Origin: Paecilomyces variotii
Taxonomy: Eukaryota
Assembly: GCA_004022145.1 (NCBI GenBank)
Contig: RCNU01000001.1
Length of the DNA stretch: 64,000 nt
Strand: one strand, 5' to 3'
The translations under genes were made by a program, and so were the position numbers. Numbering within the stretch: the first letter of the stretch is position 1; each line of letters opens with the position of its first letter. The notes below the pieces were generated by a model that worked only from the letters and a program-made list of their open reading frames with translations, had not been told where the DNA came from and made no database searches. Positions 40,927-53,089 of this stretch are shown here, one piece after another.

Positions 40927-43900
40927 GGCTGCGGCTGCGGGCAATCACTGGGTACAATGATATGGATATGGATCTAAGAGCGGAACCAGGGGCAGGTAGG
41001 TTAGCGGGGAGAACGGGCAGATTGTTCGACAATGGCTAGATCACTCAGTGACTCACCGGAAGTGCAGAGCTATTCCAGAATCTGGAGCGGACAGGCTGTT
41101 CCGGTGATTCAGAAGGATCCTGGGGAACGAGTCAGACGCAACGTCTTCACGGGACAGTCATCCAAGGTGTGTGTGCAGCCCGAACGGGAAGCATAAAGAG
41201 GGTAAAAAATCCCTCCAGCTTGTCTTGACGGACCGGTTTTTCTTATAGACTCACCCTCTCAATCACCCAAAGCATCCACCTCTGGTATCCAGCGGGCCCC
41301 CAGACCAATCGTTCTTCTGATCGGGGCGATATTGGGAAGGGACGATTCGAGTCGAGACACGATCGACAGACGAGCTTTCGGAGACGAAAAGGGAATCGGG
41401 GGGCTGATTGTACCGTCACAACCAGGAGGGCGCAGAATGAAGGCGTAAAGGTGGCTATGCACCCGATGTTGAGATGGAAGCCGTCACCCGGAGGGAGGGG
41501 GGTGTTGAAGTTCTGTATAACAAACCGAGGACGCTGTGGTGTCCACCAGAATCGAGATGGGTTTTCACTGAGTTGAAGTAATAATTGATGCCTTGCGATA
41601 ATGGACCATAGCAGAGATTAAAGAGACGCGAAAGCAAGCGTCGATGAGGGAGCGGACGATGGAGGTTCTTTGATCTGGCCTTGCAGTCAGTCCATCGTCG
41701 GCGCTGATGTCTGCGCTGCGGCGTCTTCGATGTCTGCCTGATAGACGAGAGCGCTAGGCCCGGACAGGAACGGCTTCGCAGCCATTGGGGAGATATCATT
41801 GGTTCTCCTTTCTGGATGAGCCCCGCTGATTACGGAGCAGCCCGTTAGATACGCGCTAAACCCGATTGGGGGTCGGGGAACGGACGCGGTTTCATCCGAC
41901 GGGTTCCGCTTCACTCACAATAATTATTATGTATGGTATTATTATTACCAGTAGTACGGAGTACAGTAATGCAATAAATTAGAGAATTATTGTCGGGAAC
42001 TAGTTAATAATTTCGAAAGAACAGTTGTTCCCAACAAGACCTATGGATAATAACTAATCTAGTAGAGAGTGGTGTGCTGAAAGGAGTCGTGGGTGCCTGT
42101 TCTCTGTACTTGTACAGAGATGCATCATCCATGATCCTGTAGTCTAACGTTAGTAGATGTAGATACGGAGTACACATGTCCACCAGGTTGAAGCAAGAGC
42201 CGCATCGAAACTCCCTGTTCTTGCGACACTTGCAGCCCATCACTATCAACTCTCAGGGGAAACGCCAATGAGAGGCTCGACGGAGTAGAATCGTGCGCGT
42301 TCCGTCGACGGGCAGTTCGGCTACAGGCACAGGCAAGTTGGGAATCCAGATCCCGTTCTTGTACCGCCCCGTTGAAACCGCCGATTACCAAGGTTAACAG
42401 CCGCCTCTCCGCCATTTCCTGCGCATCGCGGGCTCAGCCAAGCGGCCATCTCGCGGTCAAGGTCGCACAACTGAATGGTGAGCTGCGCCTGTCTGACGAT
42501 GCTTTACAATACCATCCCCGCCCCCACGACGGGGCTTGGCGGTGGACCGGCCCAGTCTCTCCCGTTGATGAGTCTTCCGTATTCAACTGACAACAACTGC
42601 CATCTGTTAGGGCCATCCAACGCGCTATTTATCCTCTATTATTTAGCTCGATCGAGAAGTCATTGCCAACGTCACGGCTCGTGCGTTTGAGGCTCAAAAA
42701 TTCAGCGTGTGGTGTTGTAGCTTCAACTTACACCGACCATCTCAGCATCGAGAACCAACCACGACTGCTGGCAACACTGGTTACGTCGGTGATCCGGTGC
42801 TCTTCCTGCGTGCCCGTGGAAGATGCAGCAACTCATCATCCTTAAAAAGCTTGTGGCACGATGATACGCTTGACTCCGAGACAGAAAAAAAAAAGTTCAG
42901 AATTCTCCGCCGCCATGCGATCACTTCCAGTTACGCTACCGGGATAATGTCTCAGCCACCGAAGTGCAACCGGAATTAGCGAAGTCTGCCCCTGGAGAGC
43001 CTCGTGCCCGGCCAGTTTCTGGCAAGTAGTAGGAAACCGGTGGCGATTAATTAATATTATTACTATTCCATCCATTGCACGAAAGGGGACCAAGGATCCT
43101 TCCTCCGCTGGGTGAACTAGCCAGTTTGAGGAAATGGTAATCACTAATTAGAGCACATAGATTTCACGTGAACGCAACTCTGATCAGCACAGGGGGAAAG
43201 ATATCAACTTCCCGCGTCGAGATCACAAGGTCGTACCATGCAGTGCGAGGAACCTTAATAATTGTCGATTCGTGTCTGTCCTTGGATTCGTACGGAGGAG
43301 TCAGGACTCACAGAACCTACCGCTACGAGTCACAATCCTGCCAAGGAAGGTCACAAGCCATTCCTCATTCGAACGCCCTTGATATAACAGACCCGTGTCC
43401 ATGGGGCCGTCATAGAATGAACTCTGCTCAGCTCTCCCTCATAGATGTTCGCGGCCACACAGACAGATCGAGAACTCTAACTTCTCATTGGTAGACATTT
43501 CGATTTCGAATTTCTAATCGAAGGTAAAGCGGCCGCCCTTGGCGTCCATGCGTGTATACGCGCTCAAGGCTCGAATCCTATGGACGATTGCGCAATTGAT
43601 CGTAACTGCAAAGTAGAAAGGCTACTTGTTTGTTAAAACGATAGCTAAAACCCAAACCAAATAGGGCTCTTTGACCTGACGTACGTCATGCAACAATGGT
43701 GAAATATATGGCTGCCTGATTATATACTCCGTTCCGCGGACGCGGCTATCACGGGTAAAGAGGTCGAACAGAAACCCTAGGTACTGATAATTGACACGTA
43801 CGCATTAAGCTAGATCAGCTAATCCACTTTGATAAAATTCTCCTCGAGGAATAGTTAGTATGGTACAAGAGTCCCGATTCTGTAGGATTCACTGAGGTGG

Positions 43901-44639
43901 GGTCCATAATGAACTTTCCAAGGTGTCATCGAGACATCCTACCTACTACTAGTCCCTCCCCGTACGCCAGCACGAGAGTACTATACACACTTTCGAAGGC
44001 CTGGGATATACCTAATGCTAAGTCTATCCCATATCCATGGTTTCCCGTACCAGGACATCCAATAATATCAAACCCATGACATAGCCCTTAACCTACTAAA
44101 CTCCAGATCCCGAGTTCTCAATTCGGGCACTAGATTTTGTCGAGCCGCGGAAGTGGAACTGAGAGCGGTCTCAGACATTAACTATGTACTCTGATAGAGA
44201 AGTTCCTTGGACTTATATGGTCGTATCCATGGGATGGATTGGCCATAGGGCGTCCAATGAGCTTCTAGAGTATCGTTTCTTGACCTTGGGCGCCTACGGA
44301 GCTACCACCAGAAGAGCTCCAAGGAATGTTCCTCTTCTAGTATCAGGTGTCGTCACGTCGATTCTGCTATTTCTTCAATACAGCGAGACATTACCATACA
44401 TACATTTTTTATTTAGTAATCTGTATGGAGGATCTAACAGATATCTAGATATTTACACCATCTGATGGATTAGCTAGAAAATACCAAAATCACGTATACT
44501 TTACGAGATAAACCACAACTAGTCTGTTGTTTATCAAGTTCCATATCACAGATTAACCAGCCTTCGTGCATACATACACCAATCGTGCTGTTCTTGGATT
44601 ACATCCAACCACTGATGATTGTTGTTTCCAATTCTTTCT

Positions 44640-44980
44640 CAGTTCTTCCCCGGAAGTAAATAAGGACAAACAGTTGTTATATTCGGCCCCGGTGCCGTAG
44701 GACTAGCCAAGGTAATGGCAGCAAAGCTTACTCTAGCAACGATGCTGATTGTTGTTGATTTAATAGCTTCTAAGCTGGATATGGTCAGGGAGTTGGGCGC
44801 AACGCATATAACAAATGCTAACCAGACTGGTGTTTTGGTCAGATATGCTCTCTTACCGCCTATCTGAACTGATCGGGCTATATAAACGTCATTGAACATG
44901 ATATATTCCGCGGCTCCTCTGTTGGTGCTCCACGAAAAGCCCGATTCTCGAGATTGAAACCCGCAACGTGGCTGGTGAGC
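44640..44980 (+). pseudogene. Relic of a Zn-dependent (MDR) alcohol dehydrogenase NAD-binding domain
   Basis: The frame reads PGSK*GQTVVIFGPGAVGLAKVMAAKLTLATMLIVVDLIASKLDMVRELGATHITNA (GxGxxG, VD and ELGATH motifs). An in-frame TAA sits at 44661 and no catalytic domain lies upstream. Confidence 0.75.
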
Positions 44981-45331
44981 GAAATTCTAATATGTCCCCT
45001 GATGCCTAGTCTAGGTAGTCTAATAACCCATAGTTCATCACGTTTTGGCCCAGTCGTGGAAGGATGGCCGATTTCCCATTGCCAAGCTAGTGAATGCCTT
45101 CTTCTAGAAAGATATGGGTGAAGCAACAGCTGGTTTGCGGTCAAGGAAATTGGATTGAAGCAGTCCTTTTGGGGTGAATATGGAATTCACTGCATTGTGG
45201 TTACGGCTACTGTCATTGACAGTATCATTCCTTTGTTCCTCTAGCACTATAAATCATCGCCTTGACCTCATATCCTTTTCTTCTCTTCCTCTCTCCGCGG
45301 TGCACTAAGTGGTCATCTCAATCTCACTTCT

Positions 45332-45469
45332 TCTGTCTGCGGTACTCTGCCTCGTCACTTCAACCTGGTTCTCGTCTTGTGTCCACGGTACTCTGCCCGG
45401 TCACTTCAACCTGGTTCTTATCTTGTGTCCACGGTACTCTGCCTTGTCACTTTAACCTGGTTCTCATCC
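45332..45469 (+). repeat. Tandem repeat, about 3 x 46 bp
   Basis: Unit tgtgtccacggtactctgcc(c/t)(g/t)gtcacttcaacctggttctyatct. GGTACTCT recurs at 45341, 45387 and 45433. Confidence 0.92.
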
Positions 45470-45588
45470 TCTACTACGCCACTCTCAGCTCGCAGTCCAC
45501 GAGATCGAGGAGCTATGGAGACCGCGATACATCACCCACGCCTGCAATCAGAAGAACTTCAAACGAAACCGCACCTTGGCCGTTTCCC

Positions 45589-46434
45589 ATGTCGCCATCC
45601 TCTGAACTCGCCCTGACGGAGCAGTATCCGCCAGCTGAATACAGAGGGCCGCAAGCCCTGGAACGAGCAATTGCAGAAAGATACGAACACCTGGACAATG
45701 GAGGTCAAGACCAGTACCTTTCTTTTCGCCATGTCAGCCTAGGGGACTTTGAGACCATTGAAAGCCGCAGGATCCACCTTGGTGGAAAAGGAGTCGCTTT
45801 TACCTACTTCGGAGATATCGAGACGTTGATAATCAAAGTACCTACTGAAGCGCACGAGGCAGCTCACTCCGAATTTGCGAACGAGGTTCTCCTCCGCTTG
45901 CGGGGAAATATGCGCCTTGATCATGGAGAGTTCTACCAAATCAACGCTACAAAGTTCAGGGGCGGTAACAGTTCCTCGAAAGAGGGCGACTCCGCGTTCC
46001 GCAATAAGCTGATTAGAACAAACCATGGCAGTTGGCCGCACTTCGTTATTGAGGCGGGATATTCGGAGAATCTCCAGCGTCTACGTACGGACGCAAGGTG
46101 GTGGATCGAGAACTCTCGCGGGCAGGTATACCTCGTTCTTGTCATCTGGCTCAACCCGTCCACCACGTCAGTTAAGATCGAGAAATGGATCCCAAGTCAG
46201 CCGCCACTCGCAAGACGCAGTCCCTGTCTTAACCAATCAAGCGGATCCATGATTATGACCGCTGAGATTTCCATTGACCAATCTTCCACAACATCCGTGA
46301 TCAGTGGCGCCCCTTTGCGTTTGGAGTTTGATAAGCTTGTCGGAAGACCAGCACAGAGAGCTGGTGAGGGGGATGTGGTCTTTACGCGGAACGATCTTGA
46401 TCGTTGGGCAAGGCTTTTATGGCTGGGGATCTGA
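45589..46434 (+). CDS. Intronless hypothetical protein (about 281 aa), probable PD-(D/E)xK / Uma2-like nuclease fold
   Basis: First in-frame ATG is at 45589. Motifs LIIKVPTEAHEAAH, KEGDSAF and WPHFVIEAGYSENLQRLRTDARWWIENSRGQVYLVLVI resemble the H...D...ExxxSE pattern of a widespread fungal restriction-endonuclease-like family. Confidence 0.7.
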   Translation: MSPSSELALTEQYPPAEYRGPQALERAIAERYEHLDNGGQDQYLSFRHVSLGDFETIESRRIHLGGKGVAFTYFGDIETLIIKVPTEAHEAAHSEFANEVLLRLRGNMRLDHGEFYQINATKFRGGNSSSKEGDSAFRNKLIRTNHGSWPHFVIEAGYSENLQRLRTDARWWIENSRGQVYLVLVIWLNPSTTSVKIEKWIPSQPPLARRSPCLNQSSGSMIMTAEISIDQSSTTSVISGAPLRLEFDKLVGRPAQRAGEGDVVFTRNDLDRWARLLWLGI

Positions 46435-47240
46435 GATATGTACTTCGTAGCTCAGGAACAGTAATGAAGTACTCTAGATCTATTTTCTGTCATCTGTATA
46501 ATTTATATCAGCCAACCATATGCTATTTCCGATGGTATAAAGGGACAAACAATCACCATTATGAATGCGCACTGTGAGAATTCGACCTATCATCAACAGG
46601 AGTGAAACAACTCGATATTGTCAAGTATGGACGACACATCTTGGTTAAACCGCAGCACGAAGATCTATCATGTGCTTTATGTAGCTAAAACAACCTTTGA
46701 AGATACTCGTGTCAGCTAATCAGCTGAAGATGGTTGGTGCAATAATGCTAAAGCGTCTTAATTAATTGGAGAGCCGATGGCTTCTCCGCAAAACGGCCAC
46801 GCGGAGAAGGAGAGACAAATGAGGGGGAAAGCAGGATGAGAGAGAGAGGCATCTCACTTGCCTTTCGCACACCGACTTTCTCCTCTGATTTTATTTCCCT
46901 GGCAGCTTGCCACTGTACAAATAACTTCTTCATTATTTTCTCTCCAGACAGACAGGTATTCCCCTGTGCTGATCGGACACGAAGCAAAAGCGAACCTCGG
47001 TTCGGCGGCGGCAGAATGCACGGGCGGTATGCGGACTTCGGAATAGTTCAATAGCCTGTTGACCCCAGACCCGCAAGCAGTTGATTCTCCCCACCGTCAG
47101 CTCGCCTCTTCTCAATTGGAATTATTATTATTCTCCTCAGCTCTGTCTTGGAGGTGTTCTCTTGAGTCATCGGTCTCCCTCTGCAACTGTTCAAGGAGAC
47201 AGTCTGGAGTTGGAAGTGCCCCCGGTGTCTGGACCTCAAG

Positions 47241-50200
47241 ATGGACGCGGAACGTGACGGGCATCTGCTGAACCAGCCTAGACGGAGAAGGCGGAAGGCC
47301 ACCAGGAGGCGGTTGCGCGACAGAGCTCCCATCAGTGCGCATCTCGTCCTGGATCAGCACTTCCGCGGTGATGTAGGAATACTGTCTGATGACCTGGTGA
47401 CGGATCTATTCCCAGGCTTGGATCTGGCCGGTAAGTCACGGATCAACGAACTATTCGGAGCAACTATACTGATGAAGCTGTGAAGAGGCTGGCATGGACC
47501 CGCAGAAACAGCAGCAGATCCTTCACGTGGCCATATCGCCTTATACACCTAACTATTCTGCCATCGAGGATATCCCATGGACGATTATTCCAGTGCGAAT
47601 CCAATCCACGGAGCGATCGCAGACCGCGCCGGTCTCGCATTCAACCGTCTTGTTCCCCGCATCCGCAAGCTCACTGCAGTCATTTGCTCATGCGTTGGAG
47701 GTGCTGGATCCGACGCGGCATTTTGTACATTCGCGACCTATCGAGATTCGCATCCTCGATGTCGTTCCGTTGCACCTCGATACGGTGTACGTTACAGTGG
47801 AGCGGAATATGCTCCGGGCTCTCGATGATGTCCAGAGTAAGTTCGGAGGAGGATTCGATACCAACGCATACGGCGTCAACGGGATCTGGAATAAAGGTGG
47901 AAAGGCCCTGGATGTGAAGAAGAGGTACACGAAGAAGGCAGCTGCTGAGGCGGAGGAACGGCTTACAGCGGCTGTTCGTGAGGCTCTATCAACGCAAAAG
48001 ATACTCCATACTGGAGATATATTGCCTCTTCCGCTCCCTTCCCACCCAATAACCCATACACCACCCCCGCCTGCGAAGATCTCGTTCTGTGAACCGGTAT
48101 CCCAAGGTCTACTGTTGCCGAAGACCAAGATCGTCTTGGTGCAGGCGCGGCGCCACGAGCGATCGCAAAAGCTTTCCGGGTCCGGTCTACTGAAGGACAC
48201 GCCTGTTGAAGAAGCAGAGGACACGTCGAATGAGCAGTTCTACTCTGCAGCAGAGGACAAACAAACCGAGAGTGGCACAGAAATGGAGAGCACGTCTCCT
48301 CCTGACGACTCGGAAACAGAAGGCTCTGTTGGCGGCGCAAGCGACTCCTCGGAAGATTCTCTTGAAGACATGATCTCTCTCTCAGCACCACAATTGCCGC
48401 AACAGCCTTCTGGCACGTTGTCCGCCATGACATCCGCCACTCCACGCCCGGGGATGCGCTTCACTGATGGGGTTCATACTCCTAATTCTGTGATGTCCAG
48501 CTTCACATCAGGGACAATGCGCCCCGGTCATGGCGGTGGAAAAGTATTCAGGGCCGAATGCTTGCTTAATCGTATACCAAATGAAGCCTTACATCCCAGA
48601 CCCCGGGAAGATGATGATACCGATTCCTTCGTCTTCGTGGACATTAGCACTCTCGTCAAGATTGGCTGCTTCTCCGGAGACTGGATCAGAGTCGAGGCTT
48701 CTGAGGAGCCGCAGCTGAATATGTTTGCCTCCTTGAAATTCGGAAGTCTTGGTGACCAGGAGGAGGAAGCAGGCAACTGGCGCGTTGTCAAAGTGTTTGG
48801 CCTTCCCGGACTCCCCTCTCCTAAGCCTCGGTATGCGATGCACCATTCAGGTGACCGAGGAACTAGCATCGCCCATTTTCCCTCGCGGGGCCTTACACCG
48901 ACCGTGTTCGTTCCGCCGGTACTGCTATACAATCTGGAGAATCCGAAGTACCTTAGGCTTTCACGACTAGCAGGCTCTCACCCTCACGGGGCCACGCGAC
49001 CTGGCTTAACGCAGTCCAGGGCCAGCGTACCAAAAGCTCCACCAGTCGCCAAGGAGGTCACCTTGCTTAAGATATCTACACCACTGTCGATGGATCGTGC
49101 CTTGCAGCCGGCCTTGTTTGCGGGGCTAAAACGTTACTTTGAAACAAAACGGAGACTCCTGAAGAGTGGCGATCTCATTGGGATCACAGTTGACGAAGGT
49201 CTAGGGAGAACCGTTTTCTCGGCTACTAAGAATGCAGACGGTGGTAACCTGGAGGATGATCTTACGGCTAAGTTGGGATACACGCCGGAAGCTCACCAGC
49301 CCGACGCGGGTGCAAGAAAGGTTGGTGTGGCATGGCTACGCGTAGGACAAGTTGTCCCTGCGAGTTCGGAAGAACAGGAAGATGGTGAAGATTGGGGAGG
49401 GGTTGCGGCGATTGATTCATCCAGCACCAGGATGGTTCAAGCGGGAAGTGAGACCAGCAGGGTACCCGGCACGCTTGACAATGCCTGGGAATACTGGCTT
49501 GGAGTGAAGCCTATCCCTAAGTCAAGTGGCCGCCTCCCTACATCTCATGGTCTGGTTACGGAGGTCCCCAAAGCATTCATCCCTGTTCTGCAGCAACGAA
49601 TGCGCGACTTGATGGCTGCTGCGACTAGCCCCCGTGCCATTCAACTGGGAATGAAGCCGGTCGTGATCCTCCTCACATCCACCCAGAGAAACATCGGAAA
49701 AGCGACCATTGCAAGTCGAGCTTGCGCTGATATCGGTCTCCACACGTTCACGATAGATGCCTATGACATTTTGACGGAAGGCGGTGCGAACGGCGGGGAT
49801 GTCAAGACAGAAGCATATCTGAAGGCGAGGGCGGAACGGGCATTCACCTGCGGCGCAAATTGCACGGCGCTTCTGATCAGACATATCGAGGTCTTGACTG
49901 CCGACAGAATGGTAACTGCGATGAAGGAAATCGTTGCTGATTCGAGGGTTCTCATTGCAACTACCACCGATGTCGAGAAGATCCCAGAAGGAATACGCAG
50001 TCTCTTTACGCATGAGCTCGAGATGACTGCGCCGGAAGAGAAAGAGAGAGAAGGCATCCTTCGAAATGCGGTTGCTGATCGCGGCATTCAGATTTCCCCC
50101 GACGTTGACCTCGCCTCAGTTGCTGTGAAGACGGCCGCGCTTGTCGCTGGAGACTTAGTGGATGTCGTAGAAAGAGCGTCGGCTTCTAGGACTGCTCGAT

Positions 50201-51800
50201 TGGAGGACTTAGTCCAGTCAGCAACCAAGCAGGATCCGTCATCGATAGTGGGCCCTAGGGATATAGTTGTCTCCGGCGGCGATGCTGCGCGATGCGTGAC
50301 CAAGGCTGATTTCGACACTGCTGTTGATGCGGCCAGGAAGAACTTTGCTGATGCTATTGGAGCTCCTAAGATTCCGAACGTTACCTGGGACGATGTTGGA
50401 GGACTGACCAATATCAAAGATGCTGTGATGGAAACAATCCAGCTGCCACTGGAGCGCCCAGAGCTGTTCGCCAAGGGCATGAAGAAGCGTAGTGGTATTC
50501 TCTTCTACGGTCCTCCTGGTACTGGAAAGACCCTCCTGGCGAAAGCTATCGCCACTGAGTTCTCGTTGAACTTCTTCTCAGTCAAGGGCCCCGAACTGCT
50601 CAACATGTACATCGGTGAATCCGAAGCGAATGTGCGACGCGTGTTCCAGCGTGCACGGGACGCTCGTCCTTGCGTCGTCTTCTTCGATGAGCTGGACTCT
50701 GTAGCTCCCAAGCGAGGCAACCAGGGTGATAGTGGTGGTGTGATGGACCGCATTGTCAGTCAGCTACTCGCTGAATTGGACGGCATGAGTGGTGGTGACG
50801 AGGGCGGCGGTGGTGTCTTCGTGATCGGTGCGACCAACCGACCGGATCTGCTTGATGCTGCGCTCCTGCGACCCGGACGATTCGACAAGATGTTGTATTT
50901 GGGTGTGTCAGACACTCACGACAAGCAAGCCACTATTCTGGAGGCTCTTACCCGGAAATTCAACCTCCACCCGGACGTGTCTCTCTCCCGTGTTGCAGAA
51001 CGGTTGCCTTTCACCTATACAGGTGCAGATCTCTACGCGCTTTGTTCCGATGCTATGCTCAAGGCCATCACTCGACAAGCCACTGCCGTTGATGAGAAGA
51101 TCAAAGCCCTCCCTGGTGGCCCCGTAAGTACGGCATACTTCTTCGACCACCTTGCTACGCCAGAGGATGTGGCGGTGATGGTGACCGAGGAGGACTTCAT
51201 TGAGGCACAGAATGAGCTCGTGCCTAGTGTGAGGTATGTTTTCGTAGGGTATGCTTGATATGTATACCGATGCTAACTGTCAATAGCGCCAAGGAACTGG
51301 AGCACTTTGAGCGGGTCCGCCGCATGTTCGAGTCCACGGATGTACAGAAGAAAGACTCCGCCGTAGCTGCACAGCCCTCAAAGATCCCCCCTCGAACGAT
51401 TGCAGATGCTGTGGATGGTCTCAGCACGGGCGATGAGATATCTGAAAGCGGTACTGTAGTGAACGGCGCTTACGCAGAAAACAGGGGCAGCAAAGGCAAG
51501 GGACGATACCCTTTGTTCCCTATGCGTAGCATGAGCGACAATCTTTCCATCCGAAGCAAGGGAAAGAATAGCGTCAGTGGAAAAGGGAAAGGGAAACACC
51601 TGTCCGTAGGAGCAGGCGATTCGGACTCGTCTCTTGACAGCCCGGGACCGGGACTTGCTAATGGCGCCTCCTTCCCACGCTCCTACGACGATGTTGGGGA
51701 AGATGACGACCCTACCTCAGACGGGGTCCGCGGTGAAGACCAGGACGATTACGTTGTCCGGACGGATCATTTAAAGACTAACGGTGATGATGTTGATTGA
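47241..51800 (+). CDS. pex6: Peroxisomal AAA ATPase Pex6, 3 exons
   Basis: AIGAPKIPNVTWDDVGGL, KKRSGILFYGPPGTGKTLLAKAIATEFSLNFFSVKGPELLNMYIGESEANVR, FFDELDSVAPKRGNQGDSGGVMDRIVSQLLAELD and ALLRPGRFDK, with a degenerate D1 domain. Introns at about 47431-47486 and 51234-51286. Confidence 0.96.
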
Positions 51801-52244
51801 ATGCCATCAGCCCGCCAACTGCGGCCGGCTACGCGCTATATAGAAGATGCATAGCATGCCTTTTCATGTCTTATTATTGGAGGAAGCACTTGTTCATTCT
51901 CAATGAGTCGATGTTGCGCGGTGTGCGCAAGGTGCGGAAAAAGCCACGGCTGTAACGGATGTGATACGGTCGCACTATATGTCATAACCAGCATTGTACT
52001 GTACATGTTCTTATTTTTTTTTTTTAGAGAAAATTAGTACTTTTGTGCCATAGGTTTATACGAGATAGATGATTTTGAGGCTATGTTTCTGGTCATGTTC
52101 ACACGAATGCCATGACTGCCATGCAGATATGTGATGAAGATGAAATAAAGTAATGCCAATCAGGAACAGCATCCCGCTATCATCGGGAGAACAATTCCAG
52201 AAGAATCCTGTCATGCATGTTATGTCTTATAATAACAACTGCCC

Positions 52245-52816
52245 TTATCTGTAGCTCTTATCGTCAGCAGCTGACGGGGTGAATCTCCCGAGTATTCTCC
52301 AAGCAAGCCGACTCGGCCTGCGATCTCGGTTCGGAACCGGTGGAGAAGAAGAACAGAAATGCTCCGTTCGATTCGAATGAGACACCGGTGTAACGGAGGG
52401 AATGATACGGCGTAGTCTGATCTTCCCCTTTCCAGCTAGTTGTCCTCACTTTCCGGCGAAACATATCACAAACTCCTCCCTTCAGGTCATGCCGATAACG
52501 TATGCGAATTAGTCTGTCTAAGAAGCTTTCCTGGCCCCGCTGCCGATCCCCTCGGCGCGTTCCTTATTATCGCCCTCCAACTCTGCTCACTGGCCACCAT
52601 CTCCGTATGCTCGGTGATGTTGTCGAATGAACACTCAGCATCGTAATACGCACGCGCAAGTCTATCTGATCTTCTCTGAGCTCAGAGCAAATGCGACGGG
52701 ATAGATTTATATTCTTATTACCCCATATCAAGTAGTAATCTGTTGTTGTATCTCGCACGAGCCCTCTCTCTGGATGGGTCGTTTCCTTTCCCCGCGACCC
52801 ACGACGGCTGGTTATC
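52245..52816. promoter_or_regulatory. Multiple HGATAR sites upstream of the amino-acid permease
   Basis: TTATCT at 52245, TTATCG at 52258, CGATAA at 52493, TTATCG at 52567, CTATCT at about 52661 and TTATCG at 52811. Confidence 0.4.
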
Positions 52817-53089
52817 GTTTTCTCCGCGTTCAGGTTCGTCCCGTAGGCAGCATAGCGTAGTAGAGAGAGTGTAATCGTTCCTCATATGTCGTGTGAGCTG
52901 CACTCTTGCTTTTCCTTCGTAAGCTTTGCTTTGCGTACCCCGGGTTTTTGCTGTCCAGCTGGCCTGACCTGACCTGACATCTCGTTTTGTAAAGGAAGAA
53001 GGTCTGGGAGGTAGCTCGTGGTTTCTTCTTCATCTCCTTTTTATAGTGTATTTTCCTGTATTCGTGATCGGTCCGCGCAGTTCTATACC

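Noticed and set aside
41300-44600. Short ORFs in the long region upstream of sltA, and likewise at 5150-7000 and 16300-18400
   Set aside because: They show no codon bias or motifs and are consistent with extended promoters.
45332-45469. CRISPR-like array
   Set aside because: The units are contiguous with no unique spacers, and the context is eukaryotic with no cas genes.
45262-45588. N-terminal extension of the 390-aa ORF
   Set aside because: It starts at TTG and runs through a non-3n tandem repeat. The first ATG is at 45589.
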